The notes under the pieces were generated by a model that did not search any database, was not told the DNA's origin, and worked only from the letters and a program-made list of their open reading frames with translations. Positions 43,156 to 50,481 of a DNA stretch of 50,481 bases are shown here, in pieces. Every line of letters starts with the position of its first letter. Position 1 is the first letter of the stretch. The DNA is from an uncultured Rhodospirillales bacterium (GTDB lineage: Bacteria; Pseudomonadota; Alphaproteobacteria; Acetobacterales; Acetobacteraceae), in the NCBI GenBank assembly GCA_903891315.1, contig CAITEF010000248.1, positions 1 through 50,481 of the forward strand, given 5' to 3'. Position numbers and translations under genes: made by a program.

Positions 43156-44322
43156 ATGGCTTTCATCCCCCTTCGCCTGCCGCCGCGTGCTTCCCTGTTT
43201 GGCTCGGCTGCGATGATTTTCGCGTCGTTCGTGTCGCTGCCGTCACACGACGCCGCGGCCCAAAGTGCGGCACCGACAGCGGTTGGTGTTCAGACCATCG
43301 CAGCCCAACCCGCTCAGGTCTGGACCGGGTTTTCCGGCCGGATGGAAGCGGTGGATTACGCTGAAATCCGCCCGCAAGTGGCTGGGCGCATCACCGAATT
43401 GCGCTACCATGACGGGCAGAGCGTGAAGGCGGGCGATATCCTGTTGGTGATCGAGCCGGGGCCGTATGAGGCGAGCTTGGCCAAGGCGGCGGCCAATCTG
43501 GAAGCGGCCAAGGCCAATGCCGCCTTTGCCAAAACCGAACTCGACCGCGCGGCCAATCTGATCAAGGGGCAAGCCATCGCCCAGCAAATCTACGACCAGC
43601 GCGTCAATGCCGCGGCGGTCGCAGTTGCTGCGGTTCGCTCGGCAGAGGCGGATGTGAAGCAGGCGCAGATCGATGTCGATCATGCCTATGTCAAAGCCCC
43701 GATTCCCGGACGGATCAGCAGGCCTGAGATCACGCTGGGCAATTACGTGCAGGCTGGCCCGAACGCACCGCTTTTGACCTCGATTGTCTCCAGCAACGGG
43801 ATTTACGCCGCCTTTGACGTGGACGAGCAAACCTATCTGCGCCGCGCGCGCGGTGACGACAATTCCGCCGAAAAGCTCAGCCATATGCCGGTGGAACTGA
43901 CGGTGCAGGGCGACGCCGCCCATGTGTATCGCGGCACGGTCTACAGCTTCGACAACCGCATCAATCCGTCCTCCGGCACGATCCGCGCCCGCGCGCGGTT
44001 TGCCAACGAGGATGGCAGCCTGGTGCCGGGGATGTTTGTCTCGGTCCGGATGTCGAGCAGTGACAATCGTTTGGTCACTCTGGTTGCCGATCGCGCGATC
44101 CAAACCGATCAGAACAAGAAATTCGTCTACGTTGTCGGCGCCGACAACAAGGTGGCCTATCGCGAAATCACCGTCGGTGACGCTGTGGGTTCGGCCCATA
44201 TCGTGCTGGCCGGCCTCAAGGATGGGGAGCGGGTGATCGTGGACGGGCAGCAACATCTCCGCCCGGATCAGGTCGTGCAAATCGACCCGAAGCTCAGCAT
44301 CGCACAGCCATCGGCCAACTGA
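43156..44322 (+). CDS. RND efflux periplasmic adaptor (MFP)
   Basis: The ATG at 43156 has AAGGA 8 nt upstream. It reads MAFIPLRLPP...FSGRMEAVDYAEIRPQVAGRITELRYHDGQSVKAGDILLVIEPGPYE. The longer track ORF starts at 43018. Confidence 0.85.
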   Translation: MAFIPLRLPPRASLFGSAAMIFASFVSLPSHDAAAQSAAPTAVGVQTIAAQPAQVWTGFSGRMEAVDYAEIRPQVAGRITELRYHDGQSVKAGDILLVIEPGPYEASLAKAAANLEAAKANAAFAKTELDRAANLIKGQAIAQQIYDQRVNAAAVAVAAVRSAEADVKQAQIDVDHAYVKAPIPGRISRPEITLGNYVQAGPNAPLLTSIVSSNGIYAAFDVDEQTYLRRARGDDNSAEKLSHMPVELTVQGDAAHVYRGTVYSFDNRINPSSGTIRARARFANEDGSLVPGMFVSVRMSSSDNRLVTLVADRAIQTDQNKKFVYVVGADNKVAYREITVGDAVGSAHIVLAGLKDGERVIVDGQQHLRPDQVVQIDPKLSIAQPSAN

Positions 44323-44367
44323 TCAGCCGCCTCTGCCTGCATCAGAACGACGAGCGGAACCCATTCC

Positions 44368-47300
44368 ATGAATCTTTCAAAATTCTTCATTGACCGGCCG
44401 ATTTTCGCGGGCGTGATTTCGGTGGTGATCTTCCTGGCTGGCATGCTGTCGATGTTCCAGCTGCCGATTTCCGAATATCCCGAAGTGGTGCCGCCTTCGG
44501 TGGTGGTGGTGGCGCGTTATCCGGGGGCGAACCCGAAAGTGATCGCCGAGACAGTGGCAACGCCGCTGGAAGAGCAGATCAATGGCGTGGAGAACATCCT
44601 TTATATGTTCTCCCAAGCCGCGTCCGACGGCACGCTGACGCTGACGGTCACGTTCAAGCTCGGCAGCAATCCTGATCTTGCAACGCAGTTGGTGCAGAAC
44701 CGGGTGAACCAGGCGCTCTCCCGCCTGCCGGATGTCACGCGCGCGCTTGGGGTGACGACGACCAAGAGTTCGCCGGATTTGACGATGGTGGTCCATCTGG
44801 TCTCGCCCAATGACCGCTATGACAGCCTGTATCTGCGCAATTACGCTTTGCTGAACGTGAAGGATCAGCTGGCTAAAATCTCGGGCGTGGGGCAGGTGCA
44901 GCTTTTCGGCTCGGGCGACTACGCGATGCGTATTTGGCTCAATCCGGAGAAAGTGACCGAGCGCAATCTCTCGGCCGACGAGGTGATTGCCGCCATCCGT
45001 GGCCAGAACGTGCAGGTGGCCGCTGGTGTGATCGGTGGCCCACCTTATGGGCGCGGCGTGGTGCAGCAATTGCCGATCAACGCGCAAGGCCGCCTGAGCG
45101 ACCCGGATGAGTTCGGCAATATCATCATCAAGCAGGAAGGCGGGGTGATCACCCGGCTGAGGGATGTGGCGCGCGTCGAGATGGATGCGGCCGAATACGG
45201 GCTGCGCTCGCTGCTGGACAACAAATCGGCCTCCGCACTGGCGATCTTCCAGGCGCCCGGCTCCAACGCGATCCAGATTTCCAACGACGTCCGACGCACG
45301 ATGGCCGAGTTGAAGAAGGATTTCCCGGAAGGGATCGATTACCGCGTGGTCTATGACCCGACCGTGTTCGTGCGGGATTCCATCGCCGCCGTTGTGCAGA
45401 CCTTGCTTGAAGCCGTGGGCCTTGTTGTGCTGGTGGTGATTGTCTTCCTGCAGACATGGCGCGCCTCGATCATCCCGCTGTTGGCGGTGCCGATCTCGAT
45501 TGTCGGCACATTTGCTGTGATGCATCTGTTCGGCTTCTCGGTGAACGCGCTCTCGCTGTTCGGCCTCGTGCTTGCCATCGGCATCGTGGTCGATGACGCG
45601 ATCGTGGTGGTGGAGAATGTCGAACGAAATATCGAAGCCGGATTGTCGCCGCGTGATGCGACGATCAAGGCGATGGGCGAGGTGACGGGGCCGATCATCG
45701 CCATCGCACTCGTGCTCTGCGCGGTGTTCGTGCCGATTGCCTTCATCAGCGGGCTGACCGGACAGTTTTATCGCCAGTTCGCGCTGACGATTGCCTTCTC
45801 AACCGTGATCTCGGCGTTCAACTCGCTCACGCTGTCACCAGCACTCGCTGCGTTGTTGCTCAAGGGCCATGACGCGAAGAAGGATTGGCTGACTCGAGCG
45901 ATGGACGCGGTGTTCGGCTGGTTCTTCCGTGGCTTCAACTGGGCGTTTCATCGTGGATCGGTGGGGTATGGACGTGGCGTTGGCGGAATCCTGTCACGCA
46001 AATCGCTGGCTCTTCTGGTGTATGTGATCCTGCTGGGCGGTGCATATGTGGGCTTCACCGCGGTGCCACCGGGCTTCGTGCCGACGCAGGACAAGCAATA
46101 TCTCGTCGGTTTCGCCCAACTGCCCTACGGTGCCACGCTGGAGCAATCCGAAGCGGTGATCCGCAAGATGTCCGATATCGCCTTGGCCGAGCCGGGCGTG
46201 GAAAGTTCGGTCGCCTTCCCGGGCCTGTCGATCAACGGCTTTATCAACAGCCCATCCGCCGGCATCGTGTTCGTCAAGCTCAAGCCGTTTGAGGAGCGCA
46301 CCGCGCCCAATCTGTCGGGTTTCGCGATCTCGCAGAGCCTGCAGGCGAAATACGGCCAGGTGCATGAGGCCTTCATCGCCATCTTCCCGCCGCCGCCGGT
46401 GAACGGGTTGGGCACGATTGGCGGGTTCAAGCTGCAAGTCGAGGATCGCACCGACCAGGGCTATGAAGCGCTGGATCAGGTGATGAAGACGGTGGTGGGG
46501 CGTGCCTATCAGACGCCGGAGCTGGCGCGGGTGTTCACCAGTTACAACATCAACTCGCCACAGCTTTTCGCCAATCTCGACCGCACCAAGGCGCAGCAGC
46601 TTGGGGTGAATGTGCAGGACGTGTTCGACACGATGCAGATTTATCTCGGCTCGCTGTATGTGAACGATTTCAACAAGTTCGGCCGCACCTATCAGGTGGT
46701 CGCGCAGGCCGATCAGCAATTCCGCTCACAGCCGGAAGACATCCTCAAGCTCAAGACCAAGAACCAGTCCGGACAGATGGTGCCGCTGGGCTCGGTGCTG
46801 CAGATCAGCAAGACCAGCGGGCCTGATTCGGCGATGCGCTACAATGGCTTCCGCTCGGCCGATCTCAATGGTGGGCCGGCACCGGGCTATTCCTCCGGTC
46901 AGGCGCAGGCGGCGATCACCAAGATCCTCACCGAGACGCTGCCGCCAGGGATGCGGTTCGAATGGACCGATCTGACCTATCAGCAGATCCTGAGCGGCAA
47001 CACCACCTTGCTTGTTTTCCCGATCTGCGTGTTGCTGGTCTTCCTGGTGCTGGCGGCGCAGTACGAGAGCCTGTTCCTGCCGCTGGCGATCATTCTGATC
47101 GTGCCGATGTGCCTGTTCTCCGCCATCACCGGCGTGTGGTTGACCGGCGGTGACAACAACATCTTCACCCAGATCGGCCTGTTCGTGCTGATCGGGCTGG
47201 CGTGCAAGAACGCCATTTTGATTGTCGAATTCGCCCGCGAACTGGAAATCGGCGGCATGGCGACGGTGCCAGCCGCCATTGAGGCGGCGAAGCTGCGGCT

Positions 47301-47532
47301 GCGGCCCATTCTGATGACATCGCTGGCCTTCATCATGGGTGTGGTGCCGCTGGTGACCTCCACTGGGGCGGGTGCCGAGATGCGCCATGCGATGGGTGTG
47401 GCGGTGTTCTCCGGCATGCTGGGCGTGACCTTCTTCGGCCTGTTCCTCACCCCCGTGTTCTATGTGCTGCTGCGCGCCGTCGAAAAGCGCGTCACCGGCG
47501 TGGAGAAGGTGCACCACCATGTCGAATCGTAA
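44368..47532 (+). CDS. RND multidrug efflux permease (AcrB/MexB-like HAE1), 1054 aa
   Basis: MNLSKFFIDRPIFAGVISVVIFLAGMLSMFQLPISEYPEVVPPSVVV is a canonical HAE1 N terminus. Confidence 0.92.
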   Translation: MNLSKFFIDRPIFAGVISVVIFLAGMLSMFQLPISEYPEVVPPSVVVVARYPGANPKVIAETVATPLEEQINGVENILYMFSQAASDGTLTLTVTFKLGSNPDLATQLVQNRVNQALSRLPDVTRALGVTTTKSSPDLTMVVHLVSPNDRYDSLYLRNYALLNVKDQLAKISGVGQVQLFGSGDYAMRIWLNPEKVTERNLSADEVIAAIRGQNVQVAAGVIGGPPYGRGVVQQLPINAQGRLSDPDEFGNIIIKQEGGVITRLRDVARVEMDAAEYGLRSLLDNKSASALAIFQAPGSNAIQISNDVRRTMAELKKDFPEGIDYRVVYDPTVFVRDSIAAVVQTLLEAVGLVVLVVIVFLQTWRASIIPLLAVPISIVGTFAVMHLFGFSVNALSLFGLVLAIGIVVDDAIVVVENVERNIEAGLSPRDATIKAMGEVTGPIIAIALVLCAVFVPIAFISGLTGQFYRQFALTIAFSTVISAFNSLTLSPALAALLLKGHDAKKDWLTRAMDAVFGWFFRGFNWAFHRGSVGYGRGVGGILSRKSLALLVYVILLGGAYVGFTAVPPGFVPTQDKQYLVGFAQLPYGATLEQSEAVIRKMSDIALAEPGVESSVAFPGLSINGFINSPSAGIVFVKLKPFEERTAPNLSGFAISQSLQAKYGQVHEAFIAIFPPPPVNGLGTIGGFKLQVEDRTDQGYEALDQVMKTVVGRAYQTPELARVFTSYNINSPQLFANLDRTKAQQLGVNVQDVFDTMQIYLGSLYVNDFNKFGRTYQVVAQADQQFRSQPEDILKLKTKNQSGQMVPLGSVLQISKTSGPDSAMRYNGFRSADLNGGPAPGYSSGQAQAAITKILTETLPPGMRFEWTDLTYQQILSGNTTLLVFPICVLLVFLVLAAQYESLFLPLAIILIVPMCLFSAITGVWLTGGDNNIFTQIGLFVLIGLACKNAILIVEFARELEIGGMATVPAAIEAAKLRLRPILMTSLAFIMGVVPLVTSTGAGAEMRHAMGVAVFSGMLGVTFFGLFLTPVFYVLLRAVEKRVTGVEKVHHHVES

Positions 47533-48904
47533 ACACCTCGCATCCTTGCTGGCGCTGCTCACCACCACGATGCTGGCGGCGTGCGTCGACGTGCCTGGGC
47601 CGCAGGAGAGCCAGATTGCGGCGCCGGATTTCTGGAACAGCACGAAATCCGTCCAGGGTGTGCAGGCGACCGAGATCGACCAAAGCTGGTGGGCGCATTT
47701 CGATGATCCTGTGCTCAACGGATTGGTGAGTGAGGCGCTGGAGAACAACAAGAACCTGCAGATCGCCCAGCAGCGCGTGGCGGCGGCACGGGCCGACCGG
47801 GAGTTCGCCCGATCCGCCCTGTTCCCGCAGCTCAATGCGACAGCGGACGCCTCGCGCGGCAATCAGGGCTACTACTCCGGCAACAAGACGGTGGGACTGG
47901 CTGACGCCAATCTTTCGGCGAGTTGGGAGCTTGATCTGTTCGGTCGCAATCAGGCCGCTACCGCCCAGGCTGCGGCCCTGATCGCTGCCGCCGAGGCGGA
48001 TCGGGATGCGGTGCGCGTGGGGTTGCTGGCGGAATTGGCGCGTAACTACTTCGATTTGCGCCACGACCAACGCCAGATTGCGCTGACCAGGCAGAACCTC
48101 GCCACCCAGCAGGACACGCTGCGTGTGACCCGCGTGCAGCTTCAGGGCGCGATTGCCAGTGAGTTCGACGTGCAGCGCGCGGCGGCCCAGGTGTCGACCA
48201 CTGAGGCGCTGATCCCGTCGCTGCAATCGGCGGAGGACGCGGCACGCAACCGCATCACCTCGCTGCTGGGCCTGAAGCCTGGCAGCAAGGATGCGGTTCT
48301 GGGCCAAGACGCCGTGCTGAAGCCGCTGGATCAGCATATTCTGATCGCGGCCCCTGCCGTGGTGATCGCCGCGCGCCCTGATGTGAGGGCGGCGGAACGC
48401 CGGTTTGCGGCCAGCATTTCGGCCAAGGATGTCGCCACCCGCGCGCTGTTGCCGGATATCTCGCTGACGGCGTTGTTCGGCCAGCAAACCGCCACACCGT
48501 TCTCCTCCACGCCGTTCTCGGTTGGCGGATCGCTGGTGCTGCCGATCTTGAATTTTGGGCGTCTTGAATCCCGCATTGATGCGGCGGATGCGCAGCAGAA
48601 GCAGGCGTTTCTGACCTATCAGCAGATTGTGCTGGAGGCGTTGGAGAATATGGAGAACGTGCTCTCGGCCTATCTGCATGAGGCCCAACGCAATGCCGCG
48701 CTGACCTCCGCCGAGGCGCAGAACCGCAAGGCGGTGGACCTCGCCCGCAGGCAATATTCGGCCGGTTATGTGAGCTTGTTGGACGTTTTGGTGGCCGAGC
48801 GCAGCCTATTGGACGCGCAATCGGCCAAGACCGGGTCTGATCTGGCGATGCGTGTGGATTTGGCGAATGTTTATGCGGCGGCTGGTGGGGGGTGGCGGGA
48901 GTGA
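47519..48904 (+). CDS. Outer-membrane efflux lipoprotein, NodT family
   Basis: The ATG at 47519 gives MSNRKHLASLLALLTTTMLAAC (lipobox LAAC). Two OEP repeats follow. The start overlaps the RND stop by 14 nt. Confidence 0.88.
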   Translation: MSNRKHLASLLALLTTTMLAACVDVPGPQESQIAAPDFWNSTKSVQGVQATEIDQSWWAHFDDPVLNGLVSEALENNKNLQIAQQRVAAARADREFARSALFPQLNATADASRGNQGYYSGNKTVGLADANLSASWELDLFGRNQAATAQAAALIAAAEADRDAVRVGLLAELARNYFDLRHDQRQIALTRQNLATQQDTLRVTRVQLQGAIASEFDVQRAAAQVSTTEALIPSLQSAEDAARNRITSLLGLKPGSKDAVLGQDAVLKPLDQHILIAAPAVVIAARPDVRAAERRFAASISAKDVATRALLPDISLTALFGQQTATPFSSTPFSVGGSLVLPILNFGRLESRIDAADAQQKQAFLTYQQIVLEALENMENVLSAYLHEAQRNAALTSAEAQNRKAVDLARRQYSAGYVSLLDVLVAERSLLDAQSAKTGSDLAMRVDLANVYAAAGGGWRE

Positions 48905-48911
48905 GGTTGGC
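48901..48911 (+). repeat. 11-bp direct repeat GTGAGGTTGGC, copy 1 (includes the OMF stop codon)
   Basis: An exact 11-mer that recurs at 49249-49259. Confidence 0.5.
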
Positions 48912-49248
48912 TGTCGCCTGATAGCGGTCATCAACCGGATCAAGAGGTGATCACATTTGCGGGCTTTCATTGCCGCGCGGTTCTGACGGGTGTGCGCCCA
49001 AAATGCCCTATCATAGTGCCCGCAACGTCACTCCAGAGCAGTCATTCGGAGGTGTTTCGGCGGATGGCGGGGTTGGAGGGGACGCTGGCGGTCTGCTCTT
49101 GGACACTCTGCAGGAAGGTGCCTGACGGGCATCTCCTCCGGCGTGCGCAGAGATGTCCAGGCGACCGCCGGCATATCCTGCGCGAGAGGTTCAATGTGCT
49201 CCATGCGCTTGCGCCAACGCAAATTGGTCGCTTAGATGCCGTCTCGAG

Positions 49249-49259
49249 GTGAGGTTGGC
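49249..49259 (+). repeat. 11-bp direct repeat GTGAGGTTGGC, copy 2
   Basis: An exact 11-mer, 348 bp downstream of copy 1 and immediately before an AT-richer leader. Confidence 0.5.
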
Positions 49260-49328
49260 CTTCCGCTATAAACACACACCGACTGTCTTGAATGTTCTAA
49301 CGAATTACGCCGCGCCCAAGAGTAGAGA

Positions 49329-49688
49329 ATGATACTACAATTCCGACTAAACGATATCGTATCTGGAATGACCGGAGCGGTGGTTCATTGGCTCGAAACC
49401 GATTCGTCCCCTGCATTCTCGCTCGGTCAGGCGCTGATGGAATTGACCATCGATCTGAGCGCATCATATGGCCATGATTGCCCGCCGATTTCGTATTTCC
49501 GCGTCGTGCTGCGTGAGAAGGTCTGGTTGCGGGAACGGCGTTTCGCTGATGGTGCGGAAGCAATGGTGGGAGACGTCATCGCGCTGTTCACAACGTCCCC
49601 AGACGAAGCGCTCGACGGGCCGCCGATGCGAGAGGTACGGTCTATGCTGGCCAGCGTGATTCCGCGGACGAAAGACGATCTGTGGTAG
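49329..49688 (+). CDS. Hypothetical protein, 119 aa, possible degenerate lipoyl/biotinyl-like (hybrid motif) fold
   Basis: This is an ORF in the supplied track with coding-like third-position GC. GQALMELTIDLS and MVGDVIALF resemble lipoyl/biotinyl-domain strands, but Leu sits where the modified Lys would be. I do not recognise a family. Confidence 0.45.
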   Translation: MILQFRLNDIVSGMTGAVVHWLETDSSPAFSLGQALMELTIDLSASYGHDCPPISYFRVVLREKVWLRERRFADGAEAMVGDVIALFTTSPDEALDGPPMREVRSMLASVIPRTKDDLW

Positions 49689-50481
49689 CGGCGATCCCGA
49701 TTGCACTCGGGCCGCTTGATGCCGGCGGTTGCATTGCGCAACGCTCTGGTATCCGTTGGCTGGTGCCCGATCGTCACCACTGTCGCCAAGGGGAGGTTGT
49801 GGCATTCTGCAACATCGGCCTCACGCCCAAAGCCGGCTTGCCGCGCGCGAGCCACCAAGCCTTTGCCGACGAGGTCCGTGACCTGCAAATAACGTTTGCG
49901 ACCGAATTCGCGGGCGTTTTGCATCAGCAACCAGATGCGTCACTCGGCGGTGACCTCGATCAACTGCATTTCTACCAGATCTGGCGGGATGAGGACGTCG
50001 TCGGTGCGTTGGTGCCGGATGAAGAGCAGGACGACGATGGCGCACGCGCTACGACATCCGTCTGGCGCATCGGCTTCGCCGCCGGACGGCGGATGACCGA
50101 GCTTGCGGAAGATCGCTCCGGTCTGCTCACGGGGTGGCACAACCGTAGCCGTGCCTGGCACGGCCAAGCTGGGCCGCACGCCACCGTGCTTAGCCTGGGC
50201 ATCTGCGAACAGAACGGTATCTTCCGCGGTGACTCCAACGCTTTTCTCGACATGCTGGAGATCAGTCCGGGGGCGCTGCATGTCGTTCATATCTCGGACG
50301 AGGCGCTGGTACCTTCGGCTTGCGTGCTGAACAGCCAATTGCATCGCGATCCGGCAACGCGTGAGGCGATCGCCGCCGACATGGCGCTGGGTATTTTCGG
50401 CAACGGCATTGCGCCGCGTCCGGCCGATTTTGTCTTTGCGGGATGTGCCCTGCAGGCGCTCAACAGCGACCCGCTGGGCGA
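49682..50481 (+). CDS. Hypothetical protein, 5' partial (at least 266 aa); it runs off the window and is not in the supplied ORF track
   Basis: Manual translation from the GTG at 49682, which overlaps the upstream TAG by 7 nt, gives VVAAIPIALGPLDAGGCIAQRSGIRWLVPDRHHCRQGEVVAFCNIGL...PDEEQDDDG...TVLSLGICEQNGIFRGDSNAFLDMLEISPGALHVVHISDE...ALNSDPLG. There is no stop for 800 nt. The frame opens after the TGA at 49547-49549. Confidence 0.55.
   Translation, partial: MVAAIPIALGPLDAGGCIAQRSGIRWLVPDRHHCRQGEVVAFCNIGLTPKAGLPRASHQAFADEVRDLQITFATEFAGVLHQQPDASLGGDLDQLHFYQIWRDEDVVGALVPDEEQDDDGARATTSVWRIGFAAGRRMTELAEDRSGLLTGWHNRSRAWHGQAGPHATVLSLGICEQNGIFRGDSNAFLDMLEISPGALHVVHISDEALVPSACVLNSQLHRDPATREAIAADMALGIFGNGIAPRPADFVFAGCALQALNSDPLG

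Noticed and set aside
48947-49275. Track ORFs 48947-49252 (+), 49028-49222 (-) and 49042-49275 (-), considered as real small genes.
   Set aside because: They are mutually exclusive overlapping frames. None has a convincing RBS or start (the plus-strand GTG overlaps its only purine-rich stretch), and coding-like signal switches frame midway. The region is better treated as a decayed remnant; see the direct-repeat finding.
1-50481. Scan for CRISPR arrays, tRNA or rRNA genes, intact IS elements or integrases, and toxin-antitoxin or known defence-system genes.
   Set aside because: I saw no regularly spaced direct repeats, no cloverleaf-like or rRNA-like conserved stretches, and no transposase or recombinase-like ORFs in the intergenic regions I read. 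This is a by-eye result and should be confirmed with tRNAscan-SE, Infernal, ISEScan and DefenseFinder.

Overview
High-GC, probably alphaproteobacterial chromosome segment read by eye, with no database searches. There are four zones. (1) 1-5.4 kb is a housekeeping-like region: a truncated ABC permease, a DUF985 cupin, a GST and gloB on the minus strand, a divergent SAM-methyltransferase, and an orphan secreted protein that fuses a TRAP DctP-like solute-binding domain to a Cys-less FGE-sulfatase (SUMF1/EgtB/PvdO) domain. (2) 5.6-37.5 kb holds 31 plus-strand genes. 18 of the 30 gene junctions overlap by 1-8 nt, and no regulator gene is present. Two Liv-type ABC importers in mirrored gene order bracket an enzyme core: a tandem family-III CoA-transferase pair, two DUF35/thiolase-fold pairs, a cyclase-family protein, an acyl-CoA ligase, an MDR dehydrogenase and a third CoA-transferase. 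This is followed by two paralogous modules of NMT1-type binding protein, MmgE/PrpD and D-2-hydroxyacid dehydrogenase, plus one NitT/TauT importer, a second ligase, a CMD-family protein and a lipocalin-like protein. The two largest gaps in the array (167 and 153 nt) each carry one copy of a long palindromic hairpin element. (3) 37.6-48.9 kb holds two RND efflux systems around a TetR gene: one in the unusual RND-then-MFP order and one classical MFP-RND-NodT operon, with a duplicated promoter/operator module. (4) 48.9-50.5 kb has an 11-bp direct repeat flanking a decayed segment, then an AT-richer leader and two translationally coupled unknown genes. The second of these is absent from the ORF track because it runs off the window. 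I see no rRNA, tRNA, CRISPR or intact IS element. The most likely new biology is the regulator-less CoA-transferase/DUF35/thiolase-fold/PrpD catabolic array, followed by the unknown edge operon.
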